Shown piece by piece: positions 51,336 to 62,988 of a stretch of DNA of 64,000 nucleotides. Position numbers and translations under genes: made by a program. Source of the DNA: Torpedo marmorata (taxonomy: Eukaryota); the NCBI GenBank assembly GCA_977017645.1, contig OZ360247.1, forward strand, positions 19,096,001 through 19,160,000. Direction: 5' to 3'. Numbering within the stretch: the first letter of the stretch is position 1; each line of letters opens with the position of its first letter. Under the pieces are notes generated by a model. It was not told where the DNA came from and searched no databases. It saw only the letters and a list, made by a program, of their open reading frames with translations.

Positions 51336-53095
51336 CCACTGCCATAGGGTGACCTTCCCTCAAAGAGTCAACGCAGGAAAAGGTGGCATCGATAATCGAC
51401 CGTGACACCCAGGGTGGAAACCTTCTCAGGAGGTACAATCCTCATTTGCCTCAAAAGGTGCAGCTTCTGATCCGACTTGGCAATTGTTTCCAACTCTGTT
51501 TCTTTGACTGGAACTGACTGACCTCATCGTATCTACCCTACACCTGTCTCAACAGGAAATGATAGGTTGAAGGTTTGATGTGTTTCCCTGGCCCAGATAA
51601 GCAGGTCTGTTTAAACATGAATCAGCCGAGGTGTGTCAGCTCAGGTATGTTAACTTTGGGAATACTGCCCAGAGGCCAGGTAATCCGAGGCCAGAGAACA
51701 AAGCCAGAAACACATTTGAAACTCTCTGTCGTGCAGGAGCACGAATTGCCCGACTCACGCAGTCTTCACACAGGAGAGACTGCGCCCGCTGGAATCTGGA
51801 GCAAAAAAACAATCTGCTGGACGAACTCCGCAGGTCGATCAACATCCGCGGGAGAAAAAGAATGGTCAACATTTTGTGTTGGAACCCTTCATCAAGTCAG
51901 GTTCTGACCCGAAACGTTTCCCTTCTTTTTCTCCCTCAGATTCATCCAACAAAGTGTTTTTTAGTCGCACTCACTCGTTATTTGAACACAGAGGATCTGC
52001 AGGAACTCACCAGGTCAGCTGCACTTCGTTCTTAGTTTCTATCCTGTCCCCTTCCACCCGAGACGCAAGGACAGGATTCCCCTTGTCCTCACCTGCCACC
52101 CCACCAGCCTCCACATCCAACGTATCATTCTCCGCAATTTTCGCCAGCTACTACGTGATTCCACCACCAGACATATCTTTCCCTCCAATCCCCTCTCCGC
52201 TTTCCATATGGACCACTCACTCGAGGCTCCCTCATCCACTCATCCCTTCCCACGAATCGCCCCCTCAGTACCTACCGCTGTAACCACAAGAAACGCTACA
52301 CGTGCCCTCACCATCAGTCGGGGCCCCCAACAGTTTTTTATTTTCCAAAAATAAACATTATTCACAATAAATTATTTACAAAAGAAAACCTTTCAAAGTC
52401 TTTTCATATCCTTACTGTCATATCCATACATTTCCACCACTGTACATTGTTACACGGGTTCTCTATTTAGCACTATTGCCACCACTGTACCCCTTGTAGT
52501 TAGAACCATAGAAAAAGGCCCTTCAGCCCTTCTAGTCTGTTCCAACCTTTTTCTGGCTAGTCCATGCACCCAGACCATATCCCTCCATACACCTCCTGTC
52601 CAAGTACCTGTCTGCCCAATTATCTATCTGCATTCCCAGATCACTCTGTTCTACTGCACCCCTCAGCGCCCTTCTGTTTACTGTGTATGTCCTTCCTTGG
52701 TTTGTCCTTCCAAAATGCAACACCTCACAATTGTCTGCATTAAATTCCATCTACCGTTTTGCAGCCATTTTTCCAGCTGGTCCAGATCCCTCTACAAGCT
52801 TTGAAAGTCTTCCTCGCTGTCCACAATGCCTCCAATCTTTGTGTCATCTGCAAACTTTCTGATCCAATTTACTACATTATCACCTAGATCATTGATATGG
52901 ATGAAAAACATCAATAGACCCAGCACCGATCCTTGAGGCACACCGCTAGTCACAGGCCTCCAGTCAGAGAGCCAATCATCCACCACCACTCTCTGGCTTC
53001 TCCCGTATAGCCAATGTCAAGTCCAGTTTACTACCTCACCATGAATACTGAGCGTCTGAACCTTTCTGATAAACTTCCCATGCAAGACCTTGTCA

Positions 53096-54533
53096 GAATC
53101 AGAATCAGAATCAGAATCAGAATTTATTGTCATGAACAAGTCATGACATTCGGTGTTTTGCGGCAGCATCATAGTGCAATTAACATTCATATTAACCATC
53201 TTACGACATTACTATAAAAAATTATAAACAATAGTGCACGAAAAGTAAGGCAGTGTCTTTGGTTCATTGATTATTCAGGAATCTGATGGCAGCGGGGAAG
53301 AAGCTGTCCTTGTGCTGTTGAGTGCTCGTCTTTAGGCTCCTGTACCTTTTTCCCGATGGAAGCAGAGTGAAGAGGGCATGGCCTTGGTGGTGGGGGTCTT
53401 TGAGGATAGAGGCTGCTTTTTTAAGACACCGCCTCATGTAGATGTCCTCAATGGAGTGAACTTTGGTGCCTGTGATGTCACAGGCCGAGTTAACAACCCT
53501 CTGGAGTTTACTCTTGTCCTGGGAGTTGGCGCCTCCATACCAGGCAGTGATGCAACCAGCCAGAATGCTCTCCACGGTACACCTGTAGAAGTTTACGAGA
53601 GTCTTCGGTGACATACCGAATCTCCACAAACACCTCACAAAGTATAGCCGCTGACGAGCCTTCTTTGTGATTGCATCAACGTGGATGCTCCAGGACAGAT
53701 CCTCGGAGATGTTGACACCCAGGAATTTGAAGTTCTTGACCCTCTCCACTACTGAGCCCTCGATGAGGACTGGGTCGTGTTCCCCTGACTTCCTCCTGAA
53801 GTCCACAATCATTTCCTTGGTTTTGCTGACATTGAGCTCAAGGTTGTTGTCATTACACCATTCAACGAGCTGATCTATCTCCCTCCTGTATGCTTCCTCA
53901 TTGCCGTTTGTGATTCTGCCAACAACTGTGGTGTCATCGGCAAACTTGTAGATGGCATTGGAATTGTGCCTGGCTACACAGTCATGGGTGTAAAACGAGT
54001 AGAGCAGTGGACTAAGCACGCATCCTTGGGGTGCGCCTGTGTTGATAATCAGTGAGGAGGAGACGTTGTTTCCAATTCGTACTGACTGTGGTCTTCCGAT
54101 GAGAAAGTCAAGGATCCAGTTGCAGAGGGGGGTACAGAGGCCTAGAGTTTGTAGCTTCTTGACCAGCACTGAGGGAATAATGGTATTGAAGGCCGAGCTG
54201 TAGTCGATGAAGAGCAGCCGTATGTATGAATTGCTGTTTTCGAGGTGATCCAGAGCTGAGTGGAGAGCCAGCGATATTGCATCTGCTGTGGAGCGATTGT
54301 GACGATAGGCGAATTGCAGTGGGTCCAGATCTTTGCTTAGGTATGTGTTAATTCTGGCCATGACCAGCCTTTCAAAGCATTTCATCACAGTAGAAGTTAG
54401 TGCTACTGGGCGGTAGTCGTTGAGGCAGCCTACACTACTCTTCTTGGGTATCGGAATGATTGATGCCTTTTTGAAGCAAGTGGAACCTCTGACTGCCGCA
54501 ATGAGAGATTGAAAATGTCCGTGAACACTCCGG
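53096..54533 (-). mobile_element. Rex1/Babar LINE, near-identical to 26050-27490
   Basis: ORF 53264-54388 differs from the 25882-27330 ORF at only a handful of residues. (ATTCTG)n tail. Confidence 0.93.
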
Positions 54534-55486
54534 CCAGATCCCTCTACAAGCTTTGAAAGTCTTCCTCGCTGTCCACAATGCCTCCAATCTTTGTGTCATC
54601 TGCAAACATTCTGATCCAATTTACTACCTTTGCTACATAAAAGACACTGTTTGACCTGCTGAGTTTCTCCAGCATTTGTGTTTTTTTTACTTCAACCACG
54701 GTGTCTACAGATTTTCGTGTTTTACTTACTACATTATCACCTAGATCATTGATATAGATGAAAAACATCAATAGACCCAGCACCGATCCTTGAGGCACAC
54801 CGCTAGTCACAGGCCTCCAGTCAGAGAGCCAATGATCCGCCACCACTCTCTGGCTTCTCCCGTATAGCCAATGTCGAGTCCAGTTTACTACCTCACCATG
54901 AATACCAAGCGTCTGAACCTTTCTGATAAACTTCCCATGCAAGACCTTGTCAAACACCTTACTAAAGTCCATTAGGCAACATCCACAGTCTTTCCTTCAT
55001 CAACATTTTTGGCAACCACCTCGAAAAACTCGATAAGATTTGTTAAACATGACCTACCACAGACAAAGCCATGTTGACTATCCCTAATCAGTCCCTGTCT
55101 ATCCAAACACTTGTATATCCGATCTCTGAGAACACCTTCCAATAACTTGCCCACTACTGACATCAGGCTCATCACCCTATAATTTCCCGGATTATTTTTA
55201 GAGCCTTTTTTAAACAACAGAACAACATGAGCTAGCTACCCTCCAATTCTCTGGCACCTCACCCATGGCTGAGGACATGTTAAATATGTCTGCCAGGGCC
55301 CCTGCAATTTCTACACTAGCCTCCCTCAAGGACCGAGGGAAAGCCTTGTCAGGCCCTTGGGATTTATCCACCTTTATTTTCCTTAAGACAGCAAGCACAT
55401 CCTCCTCTTTAATCTGTATAGGTTCCACGACTTCACTGCTTGTTTGCCTCCCTTCCATAGACTCTGTGCCAGTTTCCTCAGTAAAG

Positions 55487-55800
55487 TCGAGTTTGCTGAG
55501 CACCTCCTCTCCGTCCGCAACAACAGCGACCTCCCAGTAGCCAACCATTTCAATTCTGGGTCACACTCCCACACTCACATGTCTGTCCATGGCCTCATGT
55601 ACTATCCCACCCAGACTACCCGCAAATTGGAGGAACAACATCTCATTTTCCGTCTAGGCACTCTCCAGCCAGATGGCATTAACATTGACTTTTCTGCTTT
55701 CCACTAAACCTGCTTGTTGTTCCCTTCCCCTCCCCCCTCACCTGTCCTTCCTGTTTTTTTCCACCCACCCAGCCATCCCTCCTCCCCCTCTTTGCTGCTC
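55487..55800 (+). mobile_element. Penelope GIY-YIG C-terminal fragment
   Basis: FAEHLLSVRNNSDLPVANHFNS..RKLEEQHLIFRLGTLQPDGINIDFS. Confidence 0.85.
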
Positions 55801-56034
55801 AGATTTTCCTGAGTAAATACTGATGCAAAAAACACATTTAAGATCTCCCCCATCGCTTTTGGCTCCATACATAGCTGACCACTCTGATCTTCAAGGGGAC
55901 CAATCTTGTCCCTTACTATCCTTTTGCTCTTAATATACCCATAGAAACTCTTAGGATTTTCCTTCACCTTGTCTGCCAAAGCAACCTCATGTCTTCTTTT
56001 AGCCCTCCTGATTTTGTTCTTGAGTTTTTCCTAT

Positions 56035-56282
56035 GTTGTTTGAGGAACTTCCCCGCTGTCTCAACCCCTTGTTGCCTGGTAATGGAAGGACTCAAGATTG
56101 TGGTCCTTCCCTACAGTGCTCTCGCGTTGGCTGCGCCAAACCTCAGTGCGTCCCTCAGCACGAACTCCTGCAGCCTGAAATGTGCCAGTCGGCAGCATTC
56201 CTTCACTGACATCTCCATGTGCTGAAAGACCAACAGGTTTCGGGCAGACCTAAGGGCATCTTTCACCGAATTGATGATCTAC
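56035..56282 (-). mobile_element. Tx1-like LINE C-terminal fragment
   Basis: Minus strand reads NSVKDALRSARNLLVFQH..CCRLAHFRLQEFVLRDALRFGAANARAL. Confidence 0.6.
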
Positions 56283-56289
56283 ACCAGCT

Positions 56290-56715
56290 CTGCATAAGTG
56301 AAGCAACACTTTACTTGTGAATCTGCAGGGGTCATCTACTCCATCCAGTGCTCCCGATGTGGCCTCTTCTACATTAGCAAGACTTGATGCAGACTAGGAG
56401 ATTGTTTCGTTGAGCACCTTTGCTCTGTCAGCAACAACAGCGAGGACCTCCCAGTGGCCACCCACTTCAATTCCACACACCATTCCCCCACTAACATGTC
56501 TGTCCATGGCTTCATGCACTGCCAAACCAAGGCCACCTGCAAATTGGAGAAACAACACCTCATATACCGTCTCAGCAGTCTCCAACCAGACGGGATTAAC
56601 ATCCACTTCTCTAATTTTCATTACCTCCCCCCCACTCCCTCCCCCATGTCTCTCTCTTTCCCTACCCTGTCTCCTTTCCTCCAGCTTCCCACCCCTTCCC
56701 TTCCTCCAGCAGCTC
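56290..56715 (+). mobile_element. Penelope GIY-YIG endonuclease fragment
   Basis: VKQHFTCESAGVIYSIQCSRCGLFYI..VATHFNS..KLEKQHLIYRLSSLQPDGINI. Confidence 0.85.
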
Positions 56716-57053
56716 AATGTTTGACTGAATTCACTCTCTACAGTGTTAGGTCAAAGCTTCCTCCAACGAGAAGGCTCCCACTCAGACGTTCCACCCCACC
56801 CAGGGTCTCTCAGAGCCTGGAACTACCCGTGGGATGAGACCATGGAGCGGACGGGTGGCTGGGTTGCACCGTTGGAGGTTCCCCGCTGGTGTGTGAAGAG
56901 GAGTAGTTGGTTCATTGGCCAGGGCAGTGGCTTCACAGGATGGGGGTTGAAATGGCCAGGAGGTTAGGCACTCAGCGAAGTTTTAAAGCATTTTGAACAG
57001 TGAGGTGATTTTCAGAACCACTTCATCAGCCCTCTCTCCACCTTCTTCTGCAG

Positions 57054-57381
57054 ATTGTCAGACTGGAGAACACCTCACCAACTCTTCAACGCCCATGGCC
57101 GTGCAGAGTTCCCGACACTATGCCGTCAACTCCACCTCACCCCAGCAGAGTTCCCAGCCCATCCCAGTTCCTGCCTCCAGCTCCTACACTGGGTCCATCG
57201 CCAATACCCTGCCCCACCAGCTCAGCAACAGCAGCATCCAGAGAGAAGCCTCTGGGTCCTACCTGCCAACATCTACAGGCTCCGATAATCTGCTGAGCCC
57301 CCACTACTGCCAACAGCGCAGGCTCGGGGACAGTGCCAGTTCTTTACTCTCCACCTCTCCTGGCTCAGACACCCTGGGAAG
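57054..57381 (+). CDS. tns4: Tensin-4-like coding exon 2 (phase 1 to 2; possible alternative donor at 57474)
   Basis: Acceptor ccttcttctgcag and a Ser/Pro-rich open frame ending LLSTSPGSDTLG, similar to TNS4 VLSASPVSD..FGS. Phases match both neighbours. Confidence 0.72.
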
Positions 57382-57559
57382 GTACAGTACCATGTCTACC
57401 TCTCTCACTAGCACCACACAGCAGTCAATGCTCAGCAACCTTGGCATAAATCACCACCTGTTCCCAAAGCAGTGGTGAGTCGGACCTTGTCTCAGCTCAG
57501 AGCCAGAAGGTTGGGACTTCAAATTCCACATCAATGTAAGGGGTGGGGGGGGGGGTGCA

Positions 57560-60337
57560 ATACTGAGGGAGGGTCACATGCTGGGAGGGGCAGTACTGAG
57601 GGAGGGTCACACTGTGGGCGGGGCAGTACTGAGGGAGGGTCACACTCACACTGTGGGAGGGGCAGTACTGAGGGAGGGTCACATGGTGGGAGGGGCAGTA
57701 CTGAGGGAGGGTCACACAGTGGGTGGGGCAGTACTGAGGGAGGGTCACACAGTGGGTGGAGCAGTACTGAGGGAGGGTCACATGGTGGGAGGGGCAGTAC
57801 TGAGGGAGGGTCACACTGTGGGTGGGGCAGTACTGAGGGAGGGTCACATGGTGGGAGGGGCAGTACTGAGGGAGGGTCACACTGTGGGTGGGGCAGTACT
57901 GAGGGAGGGTCCCACTGTGGGAGGGGCAGTACTGAGGGAGGGTCACACTGTGGGTGGGGCAGTACTGAGGGAGGGTCCCACTCACACTGTGGGTGGGGCA
58001 GTACTGAGGGAGGGTCACACAGTGGGTGGGACAGTACTGAGGGAGGGTCCCACTGTGGGAGGGGCAGTACTGAGGGAGGGTCACACAGTGGGTGGGGCAG
58101 TACTGAGGGAGGGTCACACTGTGGGAGGGGCAGTACTGAGGGAGGGTCACACAGTGGGTGGGGCAGTACTGAGGGAGGGTCACACTGTGGGTGGGGCAGT
58201 ACTGAGGGAGGGTCACACTGTGGGTGGGGCAGTACTGAGTGAGGGTCCCACTGTGGGAGGGGCAGTGCTGAGGGAGGGTCCCACTGTGGGTGGGGAAGTA
58301 CTGAGGGAGGGTCCCACTGTGGGTGGAGCAGTACTGAGGGAGGGTCCCACTGTGGGAGGGGCAGTACTGAGGGAGGGTCCCACTGTGGGAGGGGCAGTGC
58401 TGAGGGAGGGTCCCACTGTGGGTGGGGAAGTACTGAGGGAGGGTCACACTGTGGGTGGGGCAGTACTGAGGGAGGGTCACACTGTGGGTGGGGCAGTACT
58501 GAGTGAGGGTCCCACTGTGGGAGGGGCAGTGCTGAGGGAGGGTCCCACTGTGGGTGGGGAAGTACTGAGGGAGGGTCCCAGGGTCCCACTGTGGGTGGGG
58601 AAGTACTGAGGGAGGGTCACACTGTGGGTGGGGCAGTACTGAGTGAGGGTCCCACTGTGGGTGGGGAAGTACTGAGGGAGGGTCCCACTGTGGGTGGGGA
58701 AGTACTGAGGGAGGGTCCCACTGTGGGTGGGGCAGTACTGAGGGAGGGTCACACTGTGGGTGGGGCAGTACTGAGGGAGGGTCCCACTGTGGGTGGGGAA
58801 GTACTGAGGGAGGGTCACACTGTGGGTGGGGCAGTACTGAGGGAGGGTCCCACTGTGGGTGGGGCAGTACTGAGGGAGGGTCCCACTGTGGGTGGGGAAG
58901 TACTGAGGGAGGGTCCCACTGTGGGTGGGGAAGTACTGAGGGAGGGTCCCACTGTGGGTGGGGAAGTACTGAGGGAGGGTCCCACTGTGGGTGGGGCAGT
59001 ACTGAGGGAGGGTCACACTGTGGGTGGGGCAGTACTGAGGGAGGGTCCCACTGTGGGTGGGGAAGTACTGAGGGAGGGTCCCACTGTGGGTGGGGCAGTA
59101 CTGAGGGAGGGTCACACTGTGGGTGGGGCAGTACTGAGGGAGGGTCACACTGTGGGTGGGGCAGTACTGAGGGAGGGTCACACTGTGGGTGGGGCAGTAC
59201 TGAGGGAGGGTCCCACTGTGGGTGGGGAAGTACTGAGGGAGGGTCCCACTGTGGGTGGGGAAGTACTGAGGGAGGGTCCCACTGTGGGTGGGGCAGTACT
59301 GAGGGAGGGTCACACTGTGGGTGGGGCAGTACTGAGGGAGGGTCCCACTGTGGGTGGGGAAGTACTGAGGGAGGGTCACACTGTGGGTGGGGCAGTACTG
59401 AGGGAGGGTCACACTGTGGGTGGGGCAGTACTGAGGGAGGGTCCCACTGTGGGTGGGGCAGTACTGAGGGAGGGTCCCACTGTGGGTGGGGAAGTACTGA
59501 GGGAGGGTCCCACTGTGGGTGGGGAAGTACTGAGGGAGGGTCCCACTGTGGGTGGGGAAGTACTGAGGGAGGGTCACACTGTGGGTGGGGAAGTACTGAG
59601 GGAGGGTCCCACTGTGGGTGGGGAAGTACTGAGGGAGGGTCACACTGTGGGTGGGGCAGTACTGAGTGAGGGTCCCACTGTGAGTGGGGAAGTACTGAGG
59701 GAGGGTCCCACTGTGGGTGGGGAAGTACTGAGGGAGGGTCCCACTGTGGGTGGGGCAGTACTGAGGGAGGGTCCCACTGTGGGTGGGGAAGTACTGAGGG
59801 AGGGTCCCAGGGTCCCACTGTGGGTGGGGAAGTACTGAGGGAGGGTCACACTGTGGGTGGGGCAGTACTGAGTGAGGGTCCCACTGTGGGTGGGGAAGTA
59901 CTGAGGGAGGGTCCCACTGTGGGTGGGGAAGTACTGAGGGAGGGTCCCAGGGTCCCGCTGTGGGTGGGGAAGTACTGAGGGAGGGTCCCAGGGTCCCACT
60001 GTGGGTGGGGAAGTACTGAGGGAGGGTCCCACTGTGGGTGGGGAAGTACTGAGGGAGGGTCCCAGGGTCCCACTGTGGGTGGGGAAGTACTGAGGGAGGG
60101 TCACACTGTGGGTGGGGAAGTACTGAGTGAGGGTCCCACTGTGGGTGGGGAAGTACTGAGGGAGGGTCCCACTGTGGGTGGGAAAGTACTGAGGGAGGGT
60201 CACACTGTGGGTGGGGAAGTACTGAGTGAGGGTCCCACTGTGGGTGGGGCAGTACTGAGGGAGGGTCCCACTGTGGGTGGGGAAGTACTGAGGGAGGGTC
60301 CCAGGGTCCCACTGTGGGTGGGGAAGTACTGAGGGAG
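57560..60337 (+). repeat. 33-bp G-rich minisatellite cagtactgagggagggtcccactgtgggtgggg (about 84 copies), intronic
   Basis: Seen directly; explains all long ORFs in 57472-60348. Confidence 0.98.
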
Positions 60338-60635
60338 CACTGCAACATCTTTCAAATGAAGCATGAAACCAGCACTGGATCTCTGATGGATGTAAATGCC
60401 GGAGAACGGTTTCATGGAGTGCGTCAGGTCTCTCATTACCCTCAATCCATGATTGGCCAATTACTATCCTTCAATAGACCCCTGAAAGCAAACGTGCAGC
60501 CATTCCACTGGCACTCCGTCTCCTCCTCTAACCCAGTGACTGTGGTGCTGAAGCACTTTGTTGAGAAAGTAGTGCGGTGGGATTGGCTGGGGATGTGATG
60601 GACACCATAGCAATGCGGGCTTGTGTTTTGTTTAG

Positions 60636-61117
60636 TTTGCACTCATTGCTGAGTGATGACGGAGAGACGGGGAGGATCTATCGCTCGGCTGGGAGTACAT
60701 ATGGATCATCTGGATCATTTGTCAACCTGAAGAGCCCTTACAGTGTGTCCCCGAGCATGTGCAAGAGCTCATTCAGTGATCAACAGCTCAACCAAACATC
60801 CGGCAAACCCCTGGACTTCCGGACTCTGCCCCTTCCCCGAAGGCCAGCAAATCCCCTCTCTTCACAGGGAGCCATGGGGTCAGCCAATCCTGGGTCGGTG
60901 CTGATGCAGCAAGGAGAGAACCTGCAGGGCATGAAAGCGCATGCCAACAGCTGCCCTGCCTCTGCCACCAGCTCTTGGACTGACATCCCACTCCTACTGG
61001 TGAATGGAAGCAGACAGTACCTGGACCAGGACTCCGGCAGCTCCAGGTCCACCCTTCCCTGCACTTCCTGCGCCACCAGAACATTCCCCAAGTCTTCAAG
61101 CACCACCTCCCTCACAG
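60636..61117 (+). CDS. tns4: Tensin-4-like coding exon 3 (phase 2 to 1)
   Basis: Acceptor ttgtgttttgtttag and donor CAG|gtaag. KAHANSCPASATSSWTDIPLLLVNG matches recalled TNS4 KEHASSCPPSITNSMVDIPIVLING. Confidence 0.85.
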
Positions 61118-61356
61118 GTAAGCTTCATCCTCATCATCCTCACCATTCTCCTCAGCCCTTTGAATCTGCTCCAACTCTGTCCCATTCCCACCTTCTCCTG
61201 CGTTACCAGGAATTCCATGATAAAAATCCCGCCACAGTTCACCTTCGACATGAGGTCTGTTGCGTGGCGACAATGTATAATCTCTCGTTTTGGGGGTGGT
61301 GTACACATCTGCCCAATTCCAAAATCAACTCCATTGTTCTTTCTCCTCCTTGGCAG

Positions 61357-61443
61357 ATACCTCATGTCATGCAGAACCTACTGTAAAATTTGTACAGGAT
61401 ACAACCAAGTATTGGTACAAACCGAATACCAGCAGAGACCAGG
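61357..61443 (+). CDS. tns4: Tensin-4-like coding exon 4 (start of SH2)
   Basis: DTSCHAEPTVKFVQDTTKYWYKPNTSRDQ, 87 nt, phase 1-1, ag/gtaag boundaries. Not shown in this frame in the ORF track. Confidence 0.92.
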
Positions 61444-62551
61444 GTAAGATCATTAGTTAAAAGCTCACTGCTCTGACAGAATTCTCCATCAGAGGTAACC
61501 GTGTAATTCTCCAACAATTTTGCAGGTCAGTGGGACTAGGCTGAAAATAGTTTGGCACAGGCTAGAAGGGTCGAAGGGCCTGTTTCTGTGCTGTAATGTT
61601 CTATGGTTCTATGATTTTACCGCATTATCCATTGCAGCGGACACTTGCCAAAACAACCCCGTGTTAACACATGGGGCAGTGAACCACAGAGATATACGGC
61701 ACAGAAACAGGCCCTTCGGCCCAACTCATCCCTGCCCACCACGTAGTCCATCTGAGCTGTGAAATACCATGAACTGTAGCCACGGAACTTTGCTGGTGTC
61801 AAACTAGCAAACTGAATGTTACTCCCGTAAAAACCTGAGCACATTTTAAATTACCATAGTTTTTATTTTACTTTTTACCCTGGAGTACAATAAATGTTGA
61901 AGTGAACCCATTGAGTTTAAAGGGAGCAGAAACTAGATGAATCCCAGCTCTGCTCACAACCCTCCCCTCATTCCCGACCCTTGGGTGTTCCAGAACCCAA
62001 ATCCAGCTTCAGCCACAATCTCCACTCACACTCCATCCGGACTGGTGATTGAATCAGATCCCGAACCATCAGGAGCTCGGAGCAACAGATGCCTGAAGCT
62101 TTACTATGTGCAGTGACTCACTGATCAGGGCCTCTGGGCTACCTGAATACCACAGCTACATTGTTATCTGCACTCCAGCCTCATTCAGAGGCCAGAGTCC
62201 GTCCCATCTCGAAACTTCCTTGGTGGGCAATCCATCACATTTCCAGGTGAACACACTTAGTGAGGACATTGTGCCCACTTATTCCTTCCCTTCTCTCTGC
62301 CGACTCTCACGACGGGTACACCTGGATCAGCCTCCTTTTGAGGTTGGCTAGCCCGTTAACCTCACTGCCTCAGATCCCCAGACCCAGTCAGCAGAAGGAC
62401 AGAGAAAAAGTAGTGGGTAAAACGAAGAATTTAACATATAAAGTCATTGATTACGTTCAGGGTGACATTTAAATTATTGGTGCTCACAAGAGCTTTGCTT
62501 TTGGGGTATTTTGGGCTGCTTTGCTGAGGTTAGATGTTCCATCTCTTGCAG

Positions 62552-62680
62552 CCATTGAGATGCTGAAAGATGAGGAGCCAGGTTCGTTCATCATACGAGA
62601 GAGCTCCACATACATCGGCTCATTTGGACTCGCCATGAAAGTCTCGTCGTCCAGCCCTGAAAGTCCCGAGAAAAAGATGG
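62552..62680 (+). CDS. tns4: Tensin-4-like coding exon 5 (SH2 core)
   Basis: [31 protein letters not shown], 129 nt, phase 1-1. Confidence 0.93.
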
Positions 62681-62780
62681 GTATGTGCTCGGTGTAATGC
62701 CTCGCTCAGAGAGGTACGAAAAGCACCTTGCCGGTGGCCTGCTCAATCTTGGTTTGTAACTCTGTTGTTCTCTCTTCAAG

Positions 62781-62873
62781 GAGATTCTCCCAGTGAGTCG
62801 GTCCGACATTTCCTCATTGAATTCTCCCCAAAAGGAGTGTGTTTGAAAGGATGTCCTCACGAACCATACTTTG
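62781..62873 (+). CDS. tns4: Tensin-4-like coding exon 6 (SH2)
   Basis: [32 protein letters not shown], 93 nt, donor G|gtaag. Confidence 0.93.
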
Positions 62874-62988
62874 GTAAGAGTTTGTCAGCTTCTGTCATGA
62901 CGGTTTATTGCACTCACCACCAGGAGGTGTGGGCGCAAGTGTTGCACCTCCTGCGGGCACAGGGGAAGGTCCATATATAACACTTGGT

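Larger units (their letters stand above)
52500..56030 (-). mobile_element. CR1 RT region with a partial duplication and nested Rex1 and Penelope inserts
   Basis: [61 protein letters not shown]. Confidence 0.88.

Noticed and set aside
52782-54952. Assembly artefact as the cause of the duplication
   Set aside because: The copies differ by substitutions, and one has a private insertion with its own TSD.
57472-60348. Very long ORFs (up to 773 aa) with 11-aa repeats on both strands
   Set aside because: By-product of a 33-bp unit that is stop-free in several frames; lies within a TNS4 intron whose flanking exons are phase-compatible.
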